Part shown: positions 24,400 through 36,212 of the stretch, one piece after another
Numbering within the stretch: position 1 is the stretch's first letter
How the letters are laid out: each line of letters begins with the position of its first letter
Made by a program: the position numbers and the translations under genes
NCBI RefSeq assembly: GCF_018350175.1
Contig: NC_058383.1
Location: 3,596,001-3,660,000, forward strand
Source: Felis catus
Lineage: Eukaryota
DNA: 64,000 nucleotides
Direction: 5' to 3'
Notes under the pieces: model-generated
What the model was told of the DNA's origin: nothing
The model's database searches: none
Seen by the model: only the letters and a program-made list of their open reading frames with translations

Positions 24400-25000
24400 C
24401 AAAGTCCTGCGAGATACGGGGTTCGCGGGCGGAGAAAACGGTAAACACAGCTCTTCTGAGAAGACGTTAGAAAATCCAGAGCGCGGCCCGTTGCGCTGTT
24501 TGGTTTGTGCCACGGACGGCCGCCGAGAATTTATTAAAGGGCCTCGCGGGCGGGGCCCTGGGGCTTCGAGCCAGAAGGCAGGTGCCAGGCGGGGCCGGTG
24601 GGGTCGTCGGTCTAGATCGCGGGCTGGCAGACCACGGCCACGGGCCACGTGAGACCACCGCCGGGTTTCTGGCTTTCCTGGCAGCTTTACCGGGAGACGC
24701 TTTGCGGGCCGGGCCCCGTGGCTCCCCTGCCGGCAGCCTCCACGTCAGCGTCCCGACCTGCGCGCGACCAGGGCTGGGCGACCATCGCCTCACTCGGGCT
24801 TCAGAGTGTGTTCGCCATCCCGAAATCAAACCTTGCAGCCGCTAACGGCCGCTCACCGCGTGTCCCTGAGCCGCCCCCCCCCGCCCCCGGCCTGACCCGC
24901 CACCAATTTACCTCCTGTCTCCACCACTGTCCGTCTCCCAGACGTTTCGCGGAAATGAAATCGCACCACAAACGGCCTCTGTCTAGGACTGGCTCCTTTC
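24400..25000. promoter_or_regulatory. CpG-island-like region with GC boxes
   Basis: Very CpG-dense by eye. GGGCGGGG near 24548 and GGCGGGGC near 24588. No linked exon identified. Confidence 0.5.
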
Positions 25001-25660
25001 GCCGGGCTGCAGGTTTTCAAGATGCGCCGTGAATCCGCAACTTGTTCTTTGTTGGTCTGTTCGCCCGGTGACGTTCCACTGTGTGGCTAGACCGCATTTT
25101 GTCCGTCCGTTTGGCGGTCCACGGACACGGATGGTGCCTCCTTTTCGTCTGTTGTGAATAATACTGGATGAACATTTGCGTAAAAATGTGTGGACGTAGG
25201 TTCTCATTTCCTTTGAGTACGTATGTCCACACGTACGACGTGTACACACAGAATTGCTCGGCCGTAGGTAACGCTCACGTTTCGAGGAGCCGCCACACCG
25301 TTTGCCCACGTGGCTGCACCATTTTGCATTCCCGTCATGGACGGATGAGGGCTTTTCTTCATGTCCTTGTCAACGCTTGTAATCGTATGTCTTTCTTACC
25401 CCAGCCATCCTAGTGGGCGTAGGGTAGTATATTGTGGTTTTAATTTGCATTTCCCTGCAGCCTAATGCTGTGGAACATCTTTCCGCGTGTGTGATAGACA
25501 TTCATTTCTCGCCTTTGGAGAAATGGTTCTCGAAACCCTTTGCCCATTTTTGCATTAAGCTATTTATCTTTTTATCATTGAGTTTTCAGAGCTTTTTATA
25601 TGTTCTGGATACATGTTCCTCGCCAGATACACGATTTGTAGATATTTTCTCCCAATCTGG
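24985..25660 (-). mobile_element. Old L1M 3' fragment
   Basis: ...ggctgcaccattttgcattccc...ccatcctagtgggcgt...gtggttttaatttgcatttccctg... is antisense L1 ORF2 end/3' UTR. Confidence 0.8.
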
Positions 25661-26074
25661 GGTTGTGCTCAAACAGCCAGGAATAAGGATATTAGTACCA
25701 CTGCTGTTTATAGTAACAAAAAATTATAGGTAACGTGAAGTTTTTCAGTAGCAGAGTAGTCACATAAATTACATTTATTTATAATATGGAAGACACTTCC
25801 CTTTTTTTATGACAGCTAAAATCAATGGGGACGATGCTGTGTATTGACATGGGGTGATTCCCGAGACATATTAAATGGACAGAGCAAACTACAGAATAAC
25901 ACATACAGCATCTGACTCTTTACGAAAGGCAAAATCATACTTTTCTCTGTGTGTGAATGTGTGTAGGTAAATACAGAGGGGGAAAGGTCTATGAAGAAAT
26001 GCGTTGAATCAAGAGAAATATCTCGGGAAGGATCAGAATACAGAGGGTCTGACGAGGGGAGGACAAGTGTTTAG

Positions 26075-29000
26075 AAAGAAGACCCAGAAAAGAGACCTGC
26101 TTCCGAAAAAAATGGAGTAGGTGTGCTTTTGTTTTTTTCTGTTCCTCCCACTAACTACAGCTAAAATTCCAGATATTTAAAATTTTTTTTTCAACATTTA
26201 TTTATTTTTGGGACAGAGAGAGACAGAGCATGAATGGGGGAGGGGCAGAGAGAGAGGGAGACACAGAATCGGAAACAGGCTCCAGGCTCTGAGCCATCAG
26301 CCCAGAGCCTGACGTGGGGCTTGAACTCACGGACTGTGAGATCGTGACCTGGCTGAAGTCGGACGCTCAACCGACTGCGCCACCCAGGCGCCCCTAAAAT
26401 CCCGGATATTTAGATAAAACGAACAAAAGACTGGAGAATGGAGAGAAGATGGAAGACCGGCCAAGGACCTCAGGAGCCGAGGAAGGACACGGCAGTGACT
26501 CTCCGGGTTTCCTTGTGGCCTCATGTAGCTCCCAGGTGGGAATCTAGTAACCCGGACCAGGTACAGACTAAAAAGCTCCGAGGAAAGCCTGTTCTCCCCA
26601 GCCACAGGCCCAGGAAAAGGCAACCTAGCAGAACAAACATTTTAGACGATGCCCGTTCTACTCCAGCCAAATGCCACAGACAAAAACAGTGGCTTTACCC
26701 CTGCCAGCAAAGACAGAGAGTTCAGACTCACAGCTCGCCAGGCTGTGTGTGACAAGATGTCCCCACTCCTCCCCCTCCTGCTGCTGCCTGGTGGCTCCAG
26801 ATCAGGCCAAGGGGAGAGCTGAGACTGTGCCAAGATCACATGGGGAACCTGGGCTTCCACCATCACCCGGAGGGAACCTGGCCTCCTTCCACCTCCCCGA
26901 CGGGGGGGTGGGTCGTGCTAAACGAGTGTGGCAGAGACTCAGAGCTTCTACCGCCACTGAGTGGTAGGAAGAGCCCCGCCCCTCCCGCCACCCAGTGTCA
27001 GTAGAAGCCATTCGGATGACAGTAGTGAGATGTCTGTCCCCCTTCCACCCACAGATTCCATAGGGAGCCTGAAAGCCCAACCTCCCCTCCGCTCGACTGT
27101 AATGAGAAACATCCACACCCAGCAGACCATGGAAGCCCCATGAAGAACCTGAACTCCTGCCCCCGCCCGGCGGTAACAAGGTAGCGTCCCTCTGCCCCCT
27201 CTGGACTGGTGTCAGGTTTAAATAAGATCCAGATCCAGGAACCAGGAAGACCATAAACTGAATGAGAACAGGCAGTGAACAGATGCCAACACCAAGGTAA
27301 CGCAGCCATTAGAATTATCTGACCTGGATTTTAAAGCAGCCATCATAAAAAAAGAAAATAAGCAATTACAAACATGATGAAAATTTAAAAATGCAGCAGA
27401 GTTGGAAGCTATAAAGAATAACCAAATGGAGAACACGGTACCCGAACAAAAAGTCACGGTGGGGGATTCACCAACAGAAGAGGGAGGACACACCAAAGAC
27501 GCAGGGAAGTCGAAGGTAAAACAGCAGAAATAACCCAACCCAGACGCCAGAGAGAAAACAGACTGAAAAACAAAATTAACAGAATCTCAGAGACATTCGA
27601 AGCTACAACAAAATTCCGTAACAAGATTTGGGTCATCAGAGTCCCGGAAGGAGAAAACAAAGAGGGTGTGGCTGAAAAGGTATTGAAAGAAATGGTGGCT
27701 GCAGTTTCCCAAAATTGGGAAAAGATATAAGTGTACAAGATCAAAAGGCTGGGTGACCCCAAGAAAGATACACTCAAAGAAAGACACATCACAGTCCAGC
27801 TTCTGAAAACTAAAGAGAAAAGAAAAATCTTGAGGGCATTCAGAGGAAAATGGGACATTAAGTCTAGGGGAAAATAATTCAAATGATGGTGTTTTCTCAT
27901 CAGAAACCACAGGGGCCAGAAAAAAAGTGACACATTTTCCAAGTGCTGAAAGAAAAGAATTGTCACCTACAACTCTGTATCCAGCAGAAAGTAACCTTCA
28001 GGAATAAAGGGAGAATAAGGACAGTGCCAGATGAAGGAAAACTAGAATTTATAGCCAGAAGATCTAAAAGAACATTGTTAAAGGAAGCTCTTCAGACAAG
28101 AAGGAAATGCAACCAGAAAAAAAAAAAAAACTGGAACCCTGAGGAAGGAAGGACAGCAGACAGAAACATGTGTAAATATGACGGCCTTTCCTTCCCTTCT
28201 GAGGCTTCCAAATTATGAAGCAAAAGTCAAATAACACTTTTTAATATGTTCTCATTGTAAGTAGGAGAAATATTGAGGACAGTTATTTTATAAATGGAGA
28301 GGGCAAAGGATGAAAAGAGATGTAAGTCTCTACACTTCCTTTGAACTCATAAAATGTCAACACAAATAGACTGTGGTAAGTTATGTACGTGTGAGACACA
28401 TAACGTGCCTCAGATGCCTATGACTCTTAATATATACATATATTTATATTTTACATATATAATTATAGATCGATGATTTAAAAAATTGAAAGAGACTCAA
28501 TCACTCTGGACAAATAAAAACAGAGTTCTAAAACAAATGCTCACATGACCCATAGGAAGGCAGGGAAAACAGAAAAACAGAACATAGGGAGAATGAACGG
28601 CAGAACAAAAAACAAAATGGCAGGGGCAGCACTTCGATAATTACATTAAATGTAAATCATCTAAATAAGCCAGGTGTAAGGCAGAGATTGGCAGGGAGGA
28701 AACGATCAAACTGTTCTCTCTAGTAAAGTTACTTCAAATATAATGATATAGGTGGATCGCAAGTAAAAGAATAGAAAAAAGTTAATAGAAATAAAAAGAT
28801 AAGGAACATAAAATCGAGCTATATAAAATCTGATAAAGTAAACATCAGAGCAGAGAAAATTACCAGAGACAGAGAGAGACATTACATAATGATTAAAGGG
28901 TCAGTCTGACGAGAAGTTACAGCAATCCTAAATATGTACGCACTAGACAACAGAACTGAAAATATGACACAGAAATTCATAGAACTGAAAGGAGAAAAAC

Positions 29001-30505
29001 ACCAATCTGCAATCACAGTTGTAGACTTCAACACCGTTCTCACAACAGTTGACTGAACAACTAGACAAAAAAAAAAAAACAACGAGGTGACATAAAAAGT
29101 TCAGTGCCACCATCAACCATCAGGATGAATTGACGTTTATAGAAAACCCACTCAAAGACAGCAGAATACACATTTTTTTCATGTATTTATGGAATATTAC
29201 CCAAGATCATATCCTGAACCATTGAACACATTTCAATGTATTTAAAAGCATTGAAATTGTACATAATACATACTCGGAGAGCACATCGGACTCAAACTGC
29301 AAACCCATACCGGAAAGATAACAGGAAGTTCTCCCCATATTTGATATCCACAAAATACAATTCTAAATCATCCGTGGGTCAAAGGAGTCTCAGGGAAAAA
29401 TTTTAAAGATATGTATAACTGAATTTAAATGAAAATGCAAAGCACCTAAAAGAGCTCTGAGAAGGAAATTTATAGCACTGAATATTTACATCAGAAGTGA
29501 GGGAATTCTGAAGCCAATAGTTAAAGCCTCCACTTCCAGAAACACAGAAAGAACCAAAAAATAGAACCAAAGCAAGGAGATGGAAGTAAATACTAAGGAT
29601 AATAGCAGAAATCAAAGAAATTAAAAACAGATACGGAGAAAAATCAGTAAAACAAAAAGCTGGTTCTTTGAAAAAGTGAGGAAAATGGACAAACCTCCAC
29701 CAAGACGGAGAATAAAAGACACAGTTATTATGAATGAAACTGGGGGCGTCGTTATGGAATCTGCAAACATCCAAAGGATAATAAGGGAATACTACAAATA
29801 CCTCTACACACATAAATTTGACAACTTAGGCGAAATGGATGAATTCCTTGAAAAGGATCAACTACCACAACTCACTGGAGTTGTAAGAAATAGATCATTT
29901 GAATAGCCTTATAGCTATCAAGGAAATTGATTCATCATTTAAAGATTGCTATGGAGAAATTTCTGCACTGATGGATTCACAGGAGAGCGCTACCAAATAT
30001 TTAAAGAAAAATTAACACCAATTCTGTAGAATCTATTCCAGGAAATAGAAGAGGTGAAAACTGTTCCCAGCCAATTTTATGAAGCAAGTACTAGGCTGAT
30101 GCTACAGAGGAGCACAGTTCAAAAAAAAGGAAATTGCTCACCAACGTGCTGCGTGAACATGAAGACAAACGTACGGTCCCATCTATGTAACGGTCATGAA
30201 ATGACAAAATTATAGAGATGGAAAACAGAGAGAGGTGGTGGGGAGGTGGCTGTCCCTGTGAAAAGATACAGGGGGGAGAGCTTTGTGGTGATGGGATAAT
30301 TCTGTTTCGATCGCTGCAGTGGTTCCACAGATCCAGAATGCGGTAAGGAGCACAGAACTACTCACACGCACATTGTACCAGTGTCAGCTTCCTGGTTGTA
30401 CAATCACTGTGTACGATGAAACCATTGGGGGTGACAGGGTGAAGGTATATCGGAACTCTTTGTGGTAACTTTGCAACCCCCTGTGTATCTGTGACCATTT
30501 TAAAT
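26075..30505 (+). mobile_element. Decayed L1M element: 5' region, ORF1, ORF2 N-terminal part, then 3' end
   Basis: ORF1-like TFRNKGRIRTVPDEGKLEFIARR (27943-28218). ORF2-like IQRIIREYYKYLYTHKFDNLGEMDEFLEK (29676-29906). L1M-type 3' UTR at about 30170-30505. Confidence 0.85.
26180..26394 (-). mobile_element. Young Can-SINE (SINEC_Fc-like)
   Basis: TSD taaaattccagatattta (26162-26179) / taaaatcccggatattta (26395-26412). Confidence 0.95.
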
Positions 30506-30513
30506 AAGTTTTA

Positions 30514-30752
30514 GGAGCGCCTGGGTGGCGCAGTCGGTTAAGCGTCCGACTTCAGCCAGGTCACGATCTCGCGGTCCGTGAGTTCAAGCCCCGCGTCGGG
30601 CTCTGGGCTGATGGCTCAGAGCCTGGAGCCTGTTTCCGATTCTGTGTCTCCCTCTCTCTCTGCCCCTCCCCCATTCATGCTCTGTCTCTCTCTGTCCCAA
30701 AAATAAATAAACGTTGAAAAAAAAAATAATAAAAAAAAAATTAAAAAAAAAA
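30514..30752 (+). mobile_element. Young Can-SINE at the L1 tail
   Basis: ggagcgcctgggtggcgcagtcggttaagcgtccgacttcagccagg... followed by a long A tail. Confidence 0.95.
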
Positions 30753-31658
30753 GAGTTCCTGTTGACCTAACAAGTGTTTGTGCGTGTGCTGCCCGAGCCA
30801 TCACGCGGGGCCACGTCGAGACACAAAGGATGGGAAGGTGGAAGGGGGGGCCCCTGAGCGTCTGAGCAGTGTTGACTTAACAGTAGATCACCTGGAACAG
30901 GGCTTTCTTTTTCCCCAGGGCATTTTGGAATGTGAACTGGAATGTTCCTCAAGGTAAGGCAGTTTGGGCCTTCTCCCTCTCCGCCATGCGGTACAAAAGC
31001 CCGCCCGTCAGCCAATTCGGGGAATATGGCAGCCGACACAGTGCCCGCTGTCATGTCAGCTGTAGAAGACCCCATCTCATGTGGTGGATTTGGAGGCATT
31101 GCTATAGCTTCATCACCTTGAAAATTAATCAACCAATATTCGGACCTCCGTTGTGGGCAGGGCCCTGAATCGGGCACGGGGCAAGGACTAGAATTTCCGG
31201 AATCCTCTCGGATGGGGTGAGACCTGAGTGGGGTCTTGAGAAATGTGTAGGAGCAGAGCTGGCTACGTGAGAAGCTTGGAGTCCTGTGGGTGAGATGTGG
31301 ATCAATTCACATGCAACACGCTGGGGCAGGATACAGAGGACACAGAGTCACCGGGGACCCAGCTGGCGCAGGTGGCCTCAAGGGCACTAGCGGTCACCAT
31401 GAGGGTGAAGCAGAAGGCCACCACTACCCTGTAGCAAGACGGGCACCTTCTCCCGTGGGCATGGAGGTTGACTTCTTTAAAACAGGCTCACGTGAGAGAC
31501 ACAACCTAGGCAGACACTCTGTGCTGTGGACAGTGCAGCCCGGCCTTCACAATCTCCCTCTACCGTCATGGGCTTCAAACAAAACAGATTTTAGTGCTGC
31601 TGCCCACTGTGATCCAGTAAGGAATCTGAGGACAGGGGAGATGGTATTGAAAACCATA

Positions 31659-31884
31659 GGGGCGCCTGGGTGGCTCAGTCGGTTGAGCGTCCGACTTCGG
31701 CTCAGGTCATGATCTCACGGTCCGTGGGTTCGAGCCCCACGTCGGGCTCTGTGCTGGCAGCTCAGAGCCTGGAGCCTGTTTCGGATTCTGTGTCTCCCTC
31801 TTTCTCTGACCCTCCCCTGTTCATGCTCTCTCTCGGTCTCAAAAATAAATAAATGTTAAAAAAATTTTTTGAAAAAAAAAAAAA
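31659..31884 (+). mobile_element. Can-SINE
   Basis: Typical body. TSD gaaaaccat. Confidence 0.95.
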
Positions 31885-32269
31885 GAAAACCATTAATCAG
31901 TATATTGATCACACTTTATACAATTTAACCTCAACATCTCTTGAAATGCCCATTTTAAAAGAATCAGAAATTCCAAGATTTCAAAACCAGAAACTAGCTT
32001 CTAACTCCGTCTCTACTCCTCATTCATCACATTCGTTTGGGCTCTTGCCACCGGCCAGGAACACTGCTAAGCACTGTTTGGGGGCAGAGACCCATAAAGC
32101 ACAACTTCCGTCCCAGGGAGCTCACGGCTGTAAGAGACAGTTCACGGATGGTTCAAACTCGTCACTGAGGCCATGAAAATTCAGCACAGCAGAAAGCCAG
32201 AAAGCCACACGGAAAGGGTGGTGCCCGAGCGGTCTCGAAGGATAAGAGCAGTTAGTCAAACAGAAAGGA

Positions 32270-32880
32270 GAGAACTGTTTTCTCACCCACTGGAATGGCT
32301 AACAATATAAAAGGTTGACGGAGGTACTGGAACTCCCGCATTGTTGTTGGACGTGTAAGGTGATTCCACCACGTTGAAGATCTGTGCCTCCTATAAAATG
32401 AAACGCACGTTTACTCCGTGACCCAGAGAGTCTTTACCTGGGAGTTCACCGGAGAAAAATTTAAATGTGTCAAACACAAACCCTTGTGCGTAATCCCAAC
32501 ATTCGTCAACACGAAATGGATTACATTGTGGATCTGCTTGGAAAGTCGATAAGTAAATTCCATGCAATGGAATCCTATTCGGCCGTAAGAAGAAACGAAC
32601 TATTGACACACAGTGTGCACGAATCTCCCAAGCCACTATGTTGTGCAAAGGAGGCCAGACGGGAAAGAATACAGATAATAGGATGTCATCCCATGAAGTC
32701 CGAGAACAGACAAAAAAAACCCAACCCTGTGGTGGTAGAAACCAGAAGGTGGTTTGGGGGATGGGAGGTGGGTAGCAAATCGACCATGCCTTTCTAGGCG
32801 GTGGACATGTGTACATCTTAGTTTGCACGCCGGTGATCACAATTGCCAAAACTCTTAAAACTGACCTCTTAAAATTACGT
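32270..32880 (+). mobile_element. Old L1M 3' fragment
   Basis: ...catgcaatggaatcctattcggccgtaagaagaaacgaactattgacacac... matches L1 3' UTR. Confidence 0.7.
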
Positions 32881-33166
32881 GTCCCAAAGCAGAATGAGGA
32901 AGAAGGGTCCTGGCATATTCTGGACACAGTGAAGACTAAAGCTCTCCACCCGGCTGGAGCATAAGATGCCTGATAAAATGGGAGGTGGATGGAACCAGCT
33001 AGGGAGAGAAATCCTATCAGTCGTTATCTTGAAAATTAAGCACTCAGATTGTTTATGCTATAAAGGGGGAAATGATAGGAACTTGCATAATACTGATGTT
33101 CTCAGAAAAGAAATCATCAAAATGCCAGACTAGCCAACCAGGACGTTTTGGCTTGAGGCATGTTTC

Positions 33167-33388
33167 TTTTTTTTTTTTTTTTTTAAATGTTTATTTTTGA
33201 GAGAGAGAGAGAGTGAGCACAAGTTGGGGAGGGGCAGAGAGAGACGGAGACACAGAATCCGAAGCAGGCTCCAGGCTCCGAGCTGTCAGCACAGAGCCTG
33301 ACACGGGGCTCGAACCCACAAACCGCAAAATCATGACCTGAGCTGAAGTCGGACGCTTACTTAACTGACTCCGCCACCCAGGTGCCCC
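33167..33388 (-). mobile_element. Can-SINE
   Basis: T tail, (GA)n, head ending ggtgcccc. Confidence 0.93.
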
Positions 33389-35595
33389 ACCAAACCACCT
33401 TTCTTAAATAACGTCGTTGCCTGTTTCGTTGGCAGTCGTGGTGTGTGCAACAGCATCTTGGAGGCAGACAGCTCGTCCTGGTCTCCTGGACACTGTTCTC
33501 ATCATGCGTGTTCTGATGAAGGACTTTCACACCCTTTTCCCCAACCAAAGGGTAGGTTGGAGCCTGGGGTTGCTTCTTCCCTGCCTGTTTCCGACCAGAA
33601 GCTAGTTAGACTTGAGCTTTCTGGGCTGCTGACAACCCTTCCCTCCCTCTCAACCTGAGAAAGGAATTAATCATCAGATGATAGGCTTGAAGCTCCTTTT
33701 CATAGTCTTGGAGTCATTTCAGACTCTGATGGCATTGAAAGAGGCGGTGTGGCTCTTGGCAACCGCACCAGCATCTAAGATGTGGAGGGGTCGTCGTGAA
33801 TTGGCAGCCACATTTGGAAAATGAAGGCAGGTTAATGTAAAATGACTAGATCTGCCCAATGGTGGCATCCAGAACAATACAATTTATCCTTTTGCTGAAC
33901 TTAACATGGCCATATGTCAAGGCAGCCGGGATCTGAGCACTTTCAGTGGATTACAAGCCTTCACCAGCGGCAGTCTCCATGACAGGGAGTTCGAGAGGTC
34001 CTGGGCAGGCCTCTGTCCAAAAATCTGTCTCGCCACCACTGGTCGTCACAACCAAATCTCTACCACTGGGCTTTAGTTAGGTGGGGACTTCAGGGTCAAG
34101 ACCACATGTGAATCCCTTCCCTCACCATCCTGCCCACGTTTTTGAACGTATTGTTAGTGGCCAAAGTCCCAAAGTCCCAGTTTGCAGCCTCAGATTTGGC
34201 TTAAATCAGCCACAGGTCCCCTAGACACCCGGGTTTCTTCACATTTCCAAAAGGATGACCATCCAAGAGATTATCTACTCTTCATGCAAGATTTCAACAG
34301 CCTTCCCTCGGGCGAGCTACATTAGATTAAAAACGATTCACTCAGAAACATCCATGCCTAATGATTTCCCCCAGCTGGACTCCCAGCAGGGAAGCAGACG
34401 GGCTTGCTCAGCAGAGGGGAGGCGTCTGAGACCCTGACGAGGATAACAGAGGTCCGTCGGCCTCGGGCGCACGCGGAGCTCGGTCGTGGCTGTCCACACA
34501 CGGCGCCCAAGCCTGCCACATTGCCTCCGTGCCCCTTCAGAATGCCCTGGAAAGAGGCAGCATCGCACATCATCTGAGCCCATTTATTTTTTCTTTTCTC
34601 GGTAATGCATCTAATCCTTCCTTGGAGAAACTCCCAAGCCATTTCTCGACCCTGAGCTGTACCTGTTTTCATTCATTTAATCTGCTTTAGAACCGAGGTT
34701 GAAATGGAAGTTTGGAATCAAGCCTCATCTTCGCCAAGGATGACAAATGAAAACAGCTCAGAACTGTCACATCCCCACCCTTCGCCCCCAGAAACCTCCA
34801 GGAGGTAAGTGCTGGCCAGTCAGCCGGTCCCAAAGAACTGTTGTGGCGGGGGTAGGGGGAGGGTGGGGGGAGTCAGGGTCTTGAAACATCTTTCATTTTC
34901 CATCATCGGTTTCCCTTCCTCTCTTCCTCTGTCCTTGTCATCCTCTCCCATCCGGCTTGTCTCTCCCCGATACAGCTTTGCTAGGAGCCAGCCACCAACG
35001 GTACAATGGCACCTGTAACCATGCTACTCACACTGTAGTGGCAGACTTCTATGGCACCGAAGGGAAGGAACCCGTTCCACCAGCCTGGGTAACCCGGGTC
35101 CAGGGGGGTCTCCCTGAGGAGGCAGCACACCCCTCCTTCTGGCTTCTCTCCGCTGGAGAAACTACACGTGGCTACCAGGATGGTTTAGCCGTACCTGAAT
35201 CTGTGTTTTTAAGAAGGGTGGAGGGAAGGGGAGGAGCAGGTATCCAGGACTCAAGTTTTCGAACGTAAGTATGGCGATGCCATTGTTTTCCGTTGTGTCT
35301 TCTGTCCCCATCCGCCCAACCCAGGGGACCCAGGGATGTCTTGGGAATTCTGCAGGTGGAGGGCAGTGATACAGGAGCAGCCGGCAGAACCCACATGGCT
35401 TTCCCTTCCCCCGGAGCCAGGGATGGGGAGGATTTCTTCAAGGACAAGGCGTGGGGGGCAGGCGGGGCGGGGGGAAGGGGGGTGAGTGTGAGGCGTGCTC
35501 TCCAGTCCAGACCAGTCTCTCAGCAGAGAGAAATGTAAAAGCCAAGCTCCACAATGAGCTTTGTTGGACTAGTTCCTATCCAACTATTTAGCATC

Positions 35596-35799
35596 TTTAA
35601 GTTTATTTATTTATTTTGAAAGAGAAAGAGAGCACAAGCGGGGGAGGGGCAGAGAGAAGGAGAGAGAGAATTCCAAGCAGGCTCCACACTGTCAGTACAG
35701 AGCCCAACATGGGGCTTGATCCCACGAACCGTGAGATCCTGACTTGAGCTGAGATCAAGAGCCAGACGCTTAACCGACTGCGCCCCCCCCAAGTGCCCC
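35596..35799 (-). mobile_element. Older Can-SINE
   Basis: Diverged SINE body ...gagatcaagagccagacgcttaaccgactg... Confidence 0.9.
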
Positions 35800-36009
35800 T
35801 CGACTAACAGCGCCTTAAAGGAAAGGACAGAGGTTGTACCGTCTCAACATTTTTTCTCAGCCAGAAACGAACCCAAACCCTCAATGTGGCCAGACTGGGA
35901 TACAGTGGGGTGACCCCTATGGTACCATTTCAGCCCTCTGTTTTTTATGTGCACTTGCTTTTAGGCAAAATACATTCATAGTTGAAATTAAAAAAAAAAA
36001 AAAGTCTTC

Positions 36010-36212
36010 TGGAAATGGCACGCCCACTGGCCGGAATCAGCTGTGAGAGCCGATTATACACGCGTCAACCCCACTGACGTGCGGGGATATCAAGCTGGTA
36101 ACTTGAAGTCAGCCACACACGAGTATTTGCATCATGAAACTGGGAAACACCACGAACCAGACTGTCTACCCTTGGAGGGAGCCAGTCGGTAAATGTTTGC
36201 CAACACACCCAC
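36010..36212. mobile_element. MER63A-like hAT DNA transposon relic
   Basis: gagagccgatt...ggtaacttgaagtcagcca...gagtattt...gagccagtcggtaaatgtttgccaacacacc resembles MER63A (from memory). Confidence 0.65.

Noticed and set aside
27190..27205. CTCF-like motif (also near 3988 and 63811)
   Set aside because: Only partial matches to the core, and such matches are frequent in GC-rich sequence.
27454..27966. 170 aa hydrophobic ORF on the minus strand
   Set aside because: It is the antisense reading of A-rich L1 ORF1, so the hydrophobicity is compositional.
31659..31760. tRNA-like A and B boxes (here and in every SINE head)
   Set aside because: These are tRNA-derived Can-SINE heads followed by CT tracts, A tails and TSDs, not tRNA genes.
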